DNA of 52,338 nucleotides from a virus (lineage: Duplodnaviria; Caudoviricetes): the IMG/VR virus record IMGVR_UViG_3300020034_000022, positions 1-52,338 of that record. One strand, written 5' to 3'. The notes below the pieces were generated by a model. The model made no database searches. It saw only the letters and a program-made list of their open reading frames with translations, and had not been told where the DNA came from. The translations under genes and the position numbers were made by a program. Below are positions 17,879 to 27,852 of this stretch, piece after piece. Position 1 is the first letter of the stretch; each line of letters opens with the position of its first letter.

Positions 17879-20800
17879 TGCTCGTCTCCGTCCGCGCCAA
17901 CAACATCAAGCGTGTCAAGTGGCGCACACCAACACCGGGCGGAGTAACGGTATCGTGGGCGAGTAATCCTACACCTTCATTTGTTGCCGGCTCCACGACT
18001 CCGTATGTCATATCGGGATTTGTAGATACCTATCTTGCTGCTACGGATTCAATCTCGCTGGCTCCGGGAAGTGCGGCTTTACCTACGGGTATTTCGCTTT
18101 CAGGGATTGGCGCATCACTAACGGCTGGTGGCAATCAGGTTGCTGGAAGTTACACGGGCATTAAGTTTCGCGTTACGCGTATCGGCGCCGCAACTCCAGC
18201 AGACACCGAACTAATAACCATTGTCGTAAATGCAGCGAGTGGTGTTGTTCGTCCCGGTCCAGGCCACGTCAAGATAACGATTACCTCTCCGTTGAGAGGG
18301 GCTTCGTCTATCACGGCTTCGACGCCGGTTCTTTATACAACTACCAATTGGGTGAACGGGCCGGCAGAGTTATTGGTAGATGGCATTGTTCACGATACCG
18401 CTACGGTGAGTTCGCCGGGATTGACCTTGGACCCCAGCGCTTTAACGGCTGGCCCCCACCTGATGTATATCCGCATCGTCCAACTATCGCCTTTAAGAGA
18501 TGGACGCTCTACGGATGTGGTGTTCATGAAAACACCGCTGCCGGCACTGACCAGTACCAGACCTGTAGGCGCTTCTGCATTCGGCCCGTACCTTTATTTC
18601 AATCTGCCGAATACCGGTACCAGAGGGCAGAGCTACGTTCGTTTCCAAGTTGGACCGTATGTATTCCGAGGGTCTACCAACCCCATAGCGATACGCTCGC
18701 AGACGCACAGCGGGGCAACGATAACCCCGTCAGGCCGTATCAAGTTCACGCTGGATAACGTGCCGTTTGGGAGCTTCATTGACCCCAATGCTACGGAGTG
18801 GGTAGGCAATTTCGATACCACCGGGATCCCCGAAGGCTCGCATTATCTTTCAGCAGTAGCGGAAGACAATAGTAAATGGTGTGAAGGTATCAACATCGAG
18901 GTTGACAACAATCTCGCCGCCGAGACAGGGGCTAGAGATGTTTGGGTTTCGTCAATTCTCTATGACCATGAATACAACATCGTTCCGCATGATGAGCGTG
19001 CTTTTAAAGTCACGTATCCCGGAACGTTTCAGGATTTTCAGGGCGATCCTATACCACAGCCGGGAAGGACGCGTACACCGTGGAGCACCTGGAGCACCGT
19101 AACCAACTGGAAAGATTTTTGGTCGCAGCCTGTTGGCGTGTGTATCCGTCAGGGCTGGCCGCGGCGTCTAAATGAGACTGCTGCTGGTTTTATCAATACC
19201 AACCAGTACATGCAGTACCCGTACTTCGGGCTGGATTCTCCCGGCATGCCTTTGTATGACGGGCCGAGAGGCGTTGCGACGTTCGGTCATGCATGGGCTG
19301 GTTTTACCCACGCCTTAACCGGAACCGTCTACGGCATCAGTACTCAAGGTGCTTTGTGGGTGCTGCATATATCAGGACGCAAGACGACAATAGCCGGCAA
19401 GCGTCGTCCGATCAACAGGCTTCCCAAGCCGTACGACGAACTGGAATTAGTGGGCAACTGGCTGGATGGACCTGTCGGATTTAACGAGCCGTGGGGTCTT
19501 GCTCACGATGCTCGTGATGGAGACATCACCCAAGCTAATACTTTTCTCAAGACGTTTCTAGTCACCGACACTTACAACCATTGCATCAGACTGGTTGACA
19601 TTACCCCGTTTGCATTGGACGGCGGACAGCCGACCATTACCACAATCGCGGGTAGCAAGACTTCAACCCCCGGATTTGTAGACGGGCCTTTAGCCACCGC
19701 CAGATTCGACGCTCCCTGGGACATCTGCGCAGACAACGCCAGACCCGGCGTGTTCTTCTGTACCGATTTTAACAACGGCGCTATTCGTGAAATCAACCTG
19801 AATACCGGGATGGTTTCAACCGTCGTCACTTCGGCTTTTCCGCGGCACGGTGGACGCCGAATACTGAATGCAGCCTTAGAACAGAACTACTACCCGCAAC
19901 CTGAGCATACGCACGTAGGCGGCACCTTCGGTGTGGGGCATCTGTCCTTTCCGCAGTCCATCAAGATGGACAGTCAGGGTCGGTTGTTGGTCACTTGCAA
20001 ATACGCCAAGGGACCGGCCACGGTTACGACTTATGGCGGCGGGGTTCTGGTTCGCGTTGATCTGGTGGCGCATACCATTAGCGATGCACTGTTCTCGCCG
20101 GCATGGGATTCCAATGTCCGTGATTGGTACATAGCTTTATCCGATGGTACTTGCGGACCGCTTGATTTTGTATACGGCACCCGTTGGGGCTATTCGTTCA
20201 TGCTTGAGCCGAATGGCTCCGGTGGTTATACCCAGCGCGGCGAAATTCCATTTACGTCTGATGGTACGTGGATACCGGGTTGCATAGAAGGCCCATCCCA
20301 TAGCACCACCATTGTTTCGTATCCATCGATGGTTACGTGTGCTGGTGGTCAACTGACGATCATGGGTACCGGTGCTGAGTGCGCCTACAGAATCACCAGG
20401 AAACTACCGACCGACCCGGTTTTTAATAACACGACATTTAGCGCTGGTTACAACTTATATACCGCGACATGGGGCATACGCCACGGCCTAAGAGGTCATG
20501 ACACTTTAGAGAGCCTTGGTTTTTCGCATATTCGTCAGTTTGACGATGCGACGCTGGGTGCCCTTCTAAGCTCTGGCTGGGGGCTGGAATATTCCCCTAC
20601 GTTTACCTCGCAGCAGATTGCCGACTTAATTTACTACATTCGCTGGCCGGTACCTTATGTCGCGCCGGAGCCTCCGGAAGACCCCGAAGACCCGCCAGTA
20701 GGCGCCATTGCAACCGTAATTCTTACATCGCCCGCACCCGGCGCGACGATCACGGGTTCGACTCCGGTGACGTACACCACGACGAACTGGACGGATGGCT

Positions 20801-23064
20801 CGGCGGTTCTTTATGTGGATGGTTATGAACATGCCAGAGCCACAGTCGCCAGTCCTACGCTGACCTTTAATCCCACCGGATTAGTCAACGAGCCGCATAC
20901 GATTTACATCGAGATTGAGCCGGTAACGCTGCTTAACGCTCGCTCCAACAATATCGTTGTGCTGACCACGATGACGGCTTGGCCGACGCTGGCCCCGTAC
21001 GCCGGCCAGCCGATGACCTACAGCACGTACATGTATTTTTTCACGCCGGCCACCCTGACCAAAGGGCAGTCTTACACCAGACATTATGTTTACCCATGGC
21101 CGTTTAGTGGCGCAGTCAATCCGGTTCAGGTACGCATACAACAACTAGGCGGCACGCCGAGAACAAGTCTACAACGCATAAAACTCTATGTGGACAACGT
21201 GCCCGTTGGCGGATTTATCAGTCCCGGTGCGGTTTCTGCTGGCGAAACCAAGTGGGACGGCAATATCGATGTGACCGGGTTAGCTCCGGGTTCCCATGTC
21301 ATTCATGCGGAAATGGAAGACGGCTCTACCTGGTGCGAAGCGACTTTACTTGCAATAGGAACTGCTCCTACAGGACCACAAAACGTATGGGCAATCAACG
21401 TCGCCTTTGATGCTATTTTCAACCTGCATCAACCGGAATCCAGACCGTTCAAGGTTTATTACGGCGGGACTCTGCCGCGACACCGCGGGCAATACAGACC
21501 GATAGGGGAGCGTGCCAGAACAGCATGGACCACCTTCCTTGCCGCCAGTAATTTCTGGGCAACGCCTTATTCGTCGTGCATTAACTTAGGCTCAACCATC
21601 CGCTTTGAGAAGACGACGACGGGCCATGTTCACACTTACACAGGCCAAAAATATCCCTACGCAAACTTAGCAACACAGGACATGCCGCTGTACGACGGGC
21701 CTATAGGTCAATTGTCTTTCGGCCATGCCTGTGGCGCTATAAACGATGTCAATGCCAATGTCTGGGGGATTAGTACAGAGGGCCGCTTCTGGAAGCAGGA
21801 TGAAACCGGCTGGCTAAGGACTTACGCCGGAATACATCGTTCTGATACGGTGACACCTACATCTCCTGGGGTATGTGAAGCCATCGGGAATTTCGTTGAT
21901 GGCATAAACCATTTTGAAGAGACATGGGGGATTGCTTCCGATATTCGGGATAACCCGGCAGACCTCAGAAACTTCTATTTAACAGACACCTATAACCACT
22001 GCATACGACTGGTGAATATCAACAACACCTTTGTTAAAGGTGGGGTTGCAAATATCACTACCGTAGCAGGGAGCAAGACAGGGACTTCGGGATTTGTCAA
22101 CGGCACGCTGGATGTGGCGAGGTTCAGTGCCCCGTGGGGTATTTGCGCCGACAGATTCAATGCGGGCATTTTTTACGTCACTGATTTTAACAATGCCGCG
22201 ATACGCAAGATTGACCTGAATACGGGTCTGGTTTCCACACTGGTAGTTTCATCCAGTCCCAATCCCGGCACTCTTGCAAGACCTGAAACCATCCCATCAT
22301 TCAGTCCGCCGACGCATTTACACGTCGGCGGGGCTTTCGGCGTGGCGACCTTGTACTGGCCGCAAGGCATCTGTCAGGACAGTCAGGGGCGTTTACTGGT
22401 TGGCTGTAAGTACGCAGGTTCCGCCAAAGGCGGATGCCTGGTGCGTATCGACATTCAGGCGCAGACCATTTCCAGCGCCTTATACAGCCCGCCATTCAAT
22501 GCGAATTCTCACGACTGGCAGTTAGCGGTAAATCATGACGGTACTACTGGTGATCTGGACACGGTTTACCTCACACGCTGGGGCGATAGTTTTGTGCTTA
22601 AGCCAGACGGTGCTGGTGGTTATACCGATTTCGGCCTGTTGATGACCAATGAAGCGGACGGACTTTACTCGCCCGGTGTTGGAGAAGGTCCGGCCTATAT
22701 CGGCTATCGCGTGGCGTATCCGGCCGCGATTAGCTGTGATTACGGATTCATTTTTGTGACGGGCATCGGCAGTGAATGCGCGTGGCGATATACCCGCAAA
22801 GAAGTCACCGACCCCGCCTTTACGATTACCCAGCACGACAAACACGAGCGCGGCTATCTGCTGTTCAGAGCGACGTGGGGTTCCAGACACGGCCGCGTAG
22901 GGGCGGATCACTTTGAGGGTCGAGGCATACACGAACTTAGACAGTTCAATGACGCGACCATGGGCCTCATTTTGCAGAACGGATGGGGCATAGGTTTTCT
23001 ACCTGAATTCACACCGACTGAATTATCCGACCTGATTTATTACATAAGGTGGCCGTTCGTATGA
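17878..23064 (+). CDS. 1728-aa protein: N-terminal module plus two tandem (Ig-like + NHL beta-propeller) units
   Basis: duplicated TDTYNHCIRLV, ARF.APW.ICAD, TDFNN.AIR and DLIYYIRWP; PEPPEDPEDPP linker. Confidence 0.8.
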   Translation: MLVSVRANNIKRVKWRTPTPGGVTVSWASNPTPSFVAGSTTPYVISGFVDTYLAATDSISLAPGSAALPTGISLSGIGASLTAGGNQVAGSYTGIKFRVTRIGAATPADTELITIVVNAASGVVRPGPGHVKITITSPLRGASSITASTPVLYTTTNWVNGPAELLVDGIVHDTATVSSPGLTLDPSALTAGPHLMYIRIVQLSPLRDGRSTDVVFMKTPLPALTSTRPVGASAFGPYLYFNLPNTGTRGQSYVRFQVGPYVFRGSTNPIAIRSQTHSGATITPSGRIKFTLDNVPFGSFIDPNATEWVGNFDTTGIPEGSHYLSAVAEDNSKWCEGINIEVDNNLAAETGARDVWVSSILYDHEYNIVPHDERAFKVTYPGTFQDFQGDPIPQPGRTRTPWSTWSTVTNWKDFWSQPVGVCIRQGWPRRLNETAAGFINTNQYMQYPYFGLDSPGMPLYDGPRGVATFGHAWAGFTHALTGTVYGISTQGALWVLHISGRKTTIAGKRRPINRLPKPYDELELVGNWLDGPVGFNEPWGLAHDARDGDITQANTFLKTFLVTDTYNHCIRLVDITPFALDGGQPTITTIAGSKTSTPGFVDGPLATARFDAPWDICADNARPGVFFCTDFNNGAIREINLNTGMVSTVVTSAFPRHGGRRILNAALEQNYYPQPEHTHVGGTFGVGHLSFPQSIKMDSQGRLLVTCKYAKGPATVTTYGGGVLVRVDLVAHTISDALFSPAWDSNVRDWYIALSDGTCGPLDFVYGTRWGYSFMLEPNGSGGYTQRGEIPFTSDGTWIPGCIEGPSHSTTIVSYPSMVTCAGGQLTIMGTGAECAYRITRKLPTDPVFNNTTFSAGYNLYTATWGIRHGLRGHDTLESLGFSHIRQFDDATLGALLSSGWGLEYSPTFTSQQIADLIYYIRWPVPYVAPEPPEDPEDPPVGAIATVILTSPAPGATITGSTPVTYTTTNWTDGSAVLYVDGYEHARATVASPTLTFNPTGLVNEPHTIYIEIEPVTLLNARSNNIVVLTTMTAWPTLAPYAGQPMTYSTYMYFFTPATLTKGQSYTRHYVYPWPFSGAVNPVQVRIQQLGGTPRTSLQRIKLYVDNVPVGGFISPGAVSAGETKWDGNIDVTGLAPGSHVIHAEMEDGSTWCEATLLAIGTAPTGPQNVWAINVAFDAIFNLHQPESRPFKVYYGGTLPRHRGQYRPIGERARTAWTTFLAASNFWATPYSSCINLGSTIRFEKTTTGHVHTYTGQKYPYANLATQDMPLYDGPIGQLSFGHACGAINDVNANVWGISTEGRFWKQDETGWLRTYAGIHRSDTVTPTSPGVCEAIGNFVDGINHFEETWGIASDIRDNPADLRNFYLTDTYNHCIRLVNINNTFVKGGVANITTVAGSKTGTSGFVNGTLDVARFSAPWGICADRFNAGIFYVTDFNNAAIRKIDLNTGLVSTLVVSSSPNPGTLARPETIPSFSPPTHLHVGGAFGVATLYWPQGICQDSQGRLLVGCKYAGSAKGGCLVRIDIQAQTISSALYSPPFNANSHDWQLAVNHDGTTGDLDTVYLTRWGDSFVLKPDGAGGYTDFGLLMTNEADGLYSPGVGEGPAYIGYRVAYPAAISCDYGFIFVTGIGSECAWRYTRKEVTDPAFTITQHDKHERGYLLFRATWGSRHGRVGADHFEGRGIHELRQFNDATMGLILQNGWGIGFLPEFTPTELSDLIYYIRWPFV

Positions 23065-24614
23065 TGATCGTTATACGCAGGCCTCTTGTTAGTAATGTGA
23101 AATGGGGTGTGCCAACAGGTGGTCCCGCAATAACGGTTGAATGGCAAACACAGCCCACGCCTAGCTTTATTGAAGGCACAACCACACCCTATCCGCTGGG
23201 TCAGCACATAGCGAATTACAACGCCGCCACGGACACGGTAACGCTTACGGGTTTAAGCGGCGGCTTACCGGTTTGGCTGCAACTGCTGGGCAATCAGTTG
23301 GCGCCTGATGGCACACAGTCGGCAGGGAATCCATGGACGAACCTGCAATTCAGGGTGACGCGCATCGGAGCGGTAGCCCCAGCCGATACCGGCTTTATTT
23401 CGGGAACCGTAGACGCGGAAGAGGAAGAAGAAGAATTGCCGGCATGGGTTCCGGCGCCCGGTGTCGTAGCGGCTATTTCGCTCAACACCATGAGCGCGGT
23501 CAATCCGGGTGCTGGTGTGTGGAATCCGAACGGCAATCAACAACGCATCTTGGAGGCTTGGGGTTCTGGTGGGTTCTCCCCGCATTTCGGGCCGCTGGGT
23601 GCTTACTTTGTATGTAACGGTGGCGATCAGGATTATTGGGGAAACGAAGTCTATGTTTTCCCATTAGCCGATACCACGACGACTGTAGGCTTCTTTCCTG
23701 CATTAACCTGGAAGCGCATCAACAGTCCTTCTGCGGCGATGAACGGAACGTCGTCCACGATAGACCCCGCCTTTAACATTACCTGGGGCGAGCATGGCGA
23801 CGGTACACCCGCCATGCCGCATACCTACGATCAGTTGGAATACCTCCCGCCAAGTGCTGGTGGAGGTGTTATGGGTTCGGCGCTTCTTGGGACCAAGAAC
23901 GTCGCTTATAAAACCAGCCACTTTCAGACCGCGCATAGATGCGATCTGGATACCGGTGTTTGGTCAAGAGCTTCTACCAATGCCTCAACCATGGCGGGAG
24001 ATATTGATTCTCCATCATGGGTGTATTACGCGGCGACTAATCGTGTTTACGGTTTTCCCAGCAAGGTAAGCCGGCCTTTCGACAGTAACTTTTATTGGCT
24101 GGATATTTCCAGCGGCTTGCCCGGAACATTCGCTTCCAGTGGCGTGCCGAGTCGTTTGATGCCGGCCTACGCCTGTGGTCGGGTGTGGACCGAACAGAAT
24201 CGTATCGTGCTGCTTGGGAATAATTACACGACGGTTCCGACGATCATGTATTTCACGATCTACAACCCGGCCAGTCCTTCGACGGAAGTTATTCCCACAT
24301 TGGTCGGTGACGCCATGCCCGCGGCACAGGCAGGTTCGTTTGATTGGGTGCCGGAACTCGGTGCTTTTTTCGTGCGGTCCTGTCAAGCGGCGGACGTACA
24401 GAAACTGTGGAAAGTAACGCCGAATCCCTCCAATCCGCTTGCCGGCACATGGACCGTCGAACTCATAACCATGACAGGTGTTGCGGTTACGGGATTCACG
24501 ATTAGCGGCATGTGGAAGCGGTTCTCGTATGCCGGTGCCGCTGGGATACCGTGCTTTTTGTGGGTCAACTCAGTGACCGGCGCGGTTTACGCCTATCGAC
24601 CTTTAGGAACATAG
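23061..24614 (+). CDS. protein with the same N-terminal module plus a kelch-like propeller domain
   Basis: FRVTRIGA..PADT shared with the upstream gene; poly-Glu linker; DYWGNEVY and HTYD. Confidence 0.7.
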   Translation: MMIVIRRPLVSNVKWGVPTGGPAITVEWQTQPTPSFIEGTTTPYPLGQHIANYNAATDTVTLTGLSGGLPVWLQLLGNQLAPDGTQSAGNPWTNLQFRVTRIGAVAPADTGFISGTVDAEEEEEELPAWVPAPGVVAAISLNTMSAVNPGAGVWNPNGNQQRILEAWGSGGFSPHFGPLGAYFVCNGGDQDYWGNEVYVFPLADTTTTVGFFPALTWKRINSPSAAMNGTSSTIDPAFNITWGEHGDGTPAMPHTYDQLEYLPPSAGGGVMGSALLGTKNVAYKTSHFQTAHRCDLDTGVWSRASTNASTMAGDIDSPSWVYYAATNRVYGFPSKVSRPFDSNFYWLDISSGLPGTFASSGVPSRLMPAYACGRVWTEQNRIVLLGNNYTTVPTIMYFTIYNPASPSTEVIPTLVGDAMPAAQAGSFDWVPELGAFFVRSCQAADVQKLWKVTPNPSNPLAGTWTVELITMTGVAVTGFTISGMWKRFSYAGAAGIPCFLWVNSVTGAVYAYRPLGT

Positions 24615-24616
24615 AA

Positions 24617-25354
24617 ATGGCATTAACACTCAAAGCCAGTGGTGTAGCGACAGCTTGTGTCCAGGTAATAGCCGTTGATGGATCGACCATTAAAGAATTT
24701 GTAAGCGGGGCAACTATCGGCAGTGGTTTAACCCAGACCGGTACGTTAGCAACGGGTTCTCGTACGTGGAACGGTCACGCCAGTACCGCCTATTTGCAAA
24801 CGAATGGAACGGACAACTCTCTGGAGATTACCTCTCCGCCGACGAATTCAAATCCCACGACGGTCATGTTTGTGTTCGCAGAAACGGGCGCTATCAGTGG
24901 CACATCGTTTTTGTCCGGCGACGGTGCCGGGGTAACTGTTTTCGGCCATTCGAGCGGGGTGTTTATTCTGGGCGACCCGTCTAACGCCACAGCCATTCAA
25001 GGTACGGTGGTTTCAACGACTTCGGCTTATAGCCTGTCGCTCTCCGCAAAAGCCACAAATGCATTCTCTTATTTTGCGCTGGAGGGCAACACCGCTGTAG
25101 CCGTAGACCGACTCGATGCGTCGCCTTCTGGAGCGCTGTCTTCGGACGTTGGCTTGAAAAATATCGGCACGTTTGCGGGCGGTGGACGGATGGCATTGAA
25201 GCTTATCGTTTCTCTAGTCATGAACAGAGACATAACGCTTGCTGAGTTCAATGCCATTCATGGTGATCCGATAGGTACCTTGTTTGATGGTGGCGGTGCG
25301 CCTCCGGAATTACACGTCCCTGTAAAGGGCACTGTTAAGCGATTTAGACAGTAA
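24617..25354 (+). CDS. LamG/concanavalin-like beta-sandwich protein (tentative)
   Basis: beta-rich with NR.ITLAE end pattern; start after AGGA SD. Confidence 0.5.
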   Translation: MALTLKASGVATACVQVIAVDGSTIKEFVSGATIGSGLTQTGTLATGSRTWNGHASTAYLQTNGTDNSLEITSPPTNSNPTTVMFVFAETGAISGTSFLSGDGAGVTVFGHSSGVFILGDPSNATAIQGTVVSTTSAYSLSLSAKATNAFSYFALEGNTAVAVDRLDASPSGALSSDVGLKNIGTFAGGGRMALKLIVSLVMNRDITLAEFNAIHGDPIGTLFDGGGAPPELHVPVKGTVKRFRQ

Positions 25355-25374
25355 CTATTTAGCACTCAACAAAG

Positions 25375-25396
25375 ACCGCCTTCTGGCGGTTTTTTT
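25375..25396 (+). terminator. intrinsic terminator
   Basis: ACCGCC-TTCT-GGCGGT followed by a T run. Confidence 0.85.
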
Positions 25397-25410
25397 ATTG
25401 GAGAAACACA

Positions 25411-27033
25411 ATGCGCTTCCTGCGAACCAATACGGCAGTAATTTTAACTGTTGGACCCTTTTACGACGCTGCCGATGGCGTAACACTGGAAAACTCTCTG
25501 ACCATTACCAACGAGAGAATCACGCTGACGGCAGATACGGACGCCGGCAGTGCGCCGACGTTGGTCCTGGATAACGTCACAGGGGCGACATCCGCAACCT
25601 CCAATGACCTGAACTATATAACGAGTCAGGACGCCGGATTGATGCAGCTTGAATTGTCGGCTGCGAATACAAACCGCTTGGGCCGGATGTTCCTGTCTAT
25701 TACAGACTCGACCAATCACGCTCCGGTATTCCATGAGTTCATGGTTTTACCCGCGATGATTTACGACGCATTCGTTCTTGGCACGGATGTTCTTGATTCG
25801 AGCGTGACGCAGATTCTTGGCACGGCTGTTTCAAGCCCTGCCACTGCCGGCATTCTGGATGTGAACGTCAAGAACATCGACAACGATGCGGCGAGCGCTT
25901 CCGGCACTGTGACCTTCCCGAACGGCACTGTTGCAAGTACGACCAACATTACCGCTGCTGCGGGTATCGCGGTGAGTTCGTTGGGCGCGAACGTTATTAC
26001 TGCTGCTTCCACCGCATCTGACTATCTGGTGGAGATGGAAAACACGGTATGGAACACCAACGTTTCGGCTCATACTGGTTTGGGTACTACAGGTGCAAAC
26101 ATTGACGTTCCGACGTCCAGCGTATCGGGTGGAACGTTTACCGATGCGGACTACGGCATTATCGACCGTGGCACGGCGCAGTCTGTGTCTTCCACCACGA
26201 TCCAACTGCGTGCGGCCGCTGCGTTCTCCAATGACCTGATTAACGCTGCCACAGTCCTAATTGCTTCGGCAACCTTGGGAACCGGTCAGTCGCGTCAGAT
26301 TACCGACTACGACGCGGCGACCGATACCGCGACGGTGGACGCCTGGGCCGTAACGCCTACGGGCACCGTGACCTACCGCGTCTTCGCTACCGCTCCGGCT
26401 TCTGCTACCGCAGTTCCTGATGTGAACGTGATTAACTGGAAAGGCTCTACGGCTCCTGCCATGACGGGCGACTCCTTCGCGCGCCTCGGTGCGCCGGCCG
26501 TAACCGTATCTGCTGACATTGCCGCGATTAAAGCGGTGGCGGACAGTGTTGATACCAAAGCGACCAATATCCAAGGACGTATTCCTACGTCTCTGGTAAG
26601 TGGTCGGATTGACGCATCTGTGGGGGCTATAGCGACGGATGCTATTACCTCCGGTGCTGTTGCTGCCAGTGCTGTGACAGAGCTTGCCAATGGCTTCCTG
26701 GACGCAACTATGTCCGGGCATACCTCTGGCGGGACTGTGGGCGGAACGCTTAACTCTGCTGCCGCTGCTGCCGATCCTCTGGCGGCGACTGTCGGCGGTT
26801 ACGGTCCGGGAACCTACGGTGCGTTGCTGGATGACATGCTTGATGCGGCTATCAGCACTCGTGCAAGTCAATCTTCGATCACCGCGGCAGGCGTTGTTGA
26901 GGCTGCGATTAAAGCCAAGACCGATAGCCTGACATTCACCAAAGCCTTAGAACTGGATGTCAACATACAGAGCGTCAACGACACCACGGTATCCGGTGTT
27001 GGCTCTGCGGGATCGCCTTGGGTCCCCGCCTAA
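25411..27033 (+). CDS. Ala/Thr-rich fibre-like virion protein
   Basis: 540 aa; repeated DVNV motifs; C-terminus GSPWVPA. Confidence 0.6.
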   Translation: MRFLRTNTAVILTVGPFYDAADGVTLENSLTITNERITLTADTDAGSAPTLVLDNVTGATSATSNDLNYITSQDAGLMQLELSAANTNRLGRMFLSITDSTNHAPVFHEFMVLPAMIYDAFVLGTDVLDSSVTQILGTAVSSPATAGILDVNVKNIDNDAASASGTVTFPNGTVASTTNITAAAGIAVSSLGANVITAASTASDYLVEMENTVWNTNVSAHTGLGTTGANIDVPTSSVSGGTFTDADYGIIDRGTAQSVSSTTIQLRAAAAFSNDLINAATVLIASATLGTGQSRQITDYDAATDTATVDAWAVTPTGTVTYRVFATAPASATAVPDVNVINWKGSTAPAMTGDSFARLGAPAVTVSADIAAIKAVADSVDTKATNIQGRIPTSLVSGRIDASVGAIATDAITSGAVAASAVTELANGFLDATMSGHTSGGTVGGTLNSAAAAADPLAATVGGYGPGTYGALLDDMLDAAISTRASQSSITAAGVVEAAIKAKTDSLTFTKALELDVNIQSVNDTTVSGVGSAGSPWVPA

Positions 27034-27036
27034 GCT

Positions 27037-27852
27037 ATGTCGTCATCTTGGGGCGGCTCCTGGGGTTCTAGCTGGGGGAATTCTTGGGGCACGATTACCG
27101 GCGATCCTTCGGCGCCGGTTGTCGGTACCCGTCCTACCGGTAAAACCTATCTGGAGTTATGCCAGATACTGCGGAGTGAGTGCAGCGTTTCAGGCGTAGG
27201 TCCAGTAACGGTCCTTAATCAAACCGGACTCTTGCAAAAGATATGCCGTTGGATTTCAGTTAGCTACATAGACATCCAACTTCGCTATCCAAACTGGAAC
27301 TGGATGCGGGCAGAGTTCACCTTGCCCACAGTCGCAGATGAATCTACTTATCCCTTCTGGGACTGTACCGATGTCAGGGCCGCGACGCCCATAACACGCT
27401 TCGCCAACTGGATCAATCGTGACGCAAGACTTCCTTTCAAGATTTACAAGGAATCTGATGGTGTTGCGAGCGAACAGTATTTGTTGCCGTTGGAATACGA
27501 ACGCTTCCGCGATATTTATATCTTCGGCGGACGACAGCAAGTACCGGGAAGGCCGGTTAATTACAGCGTCACCGATGACGAACAACTTATCTTCGGGCCG
27601 ACCCCGGACGATGTTTACATAGTAACCGGACATTATCAGCGCGGCCCTCAAGTATTAACACTGGACGCCGACGAACCAGACTTCCCCCTACGTTTCCATG
27701 ACCTGATTGTTTACTACGCCATGGAGCGTTACGCGACTAATTCTGTCGCCCCTGAAATGCTCGCCCGCGGTGCGCTGGAAGGCGGGCGGCTTCTAAGAGC
27801 GCTGGAACAGAACCAGCTACCGCAGATTAGATTAGGCAGGCCGCTCGTTTGA
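27037..27852 (+). CDS. head-tail adaptor (tail tubular protein A-like)
   Basis: TYLELCQ.LR.EC, W.WMR, GPTPD..Y, P.RFH.LIVY; N-terminal SWG repeats. Confidence 0.75.
   Translation: MSSSWGGSWGSSWGNSWGTITGDPSAPVVGTRPTGKTYLELCQILRSECSVSGVGPVTVLNQTGLLQKICRWISVSYIDIQLRYPNWNWMRAEFTLPTVADESTYPFWDCTDVRAATPITRFANWINRDARLPFKIYKESDGVASEQYLLPLEYERFRDIYIFGGRQQVPGRPVNYSVTDDEQLIFGPTPDDVYIVTGHYQRGPQVLTLDADEPDFPLRFHDLIVYYAMERYATNSVAPEMLARGALEGGRLLRALEQNQLPQIRLGRPLV

Noticed and set aside
17878-23064. Diversity-generating retroelement template/variable repeat pair
   Set aside because: The duplication is protein-level and diverged at all bases, not adenine-specific; no reverse transcriptase in the window
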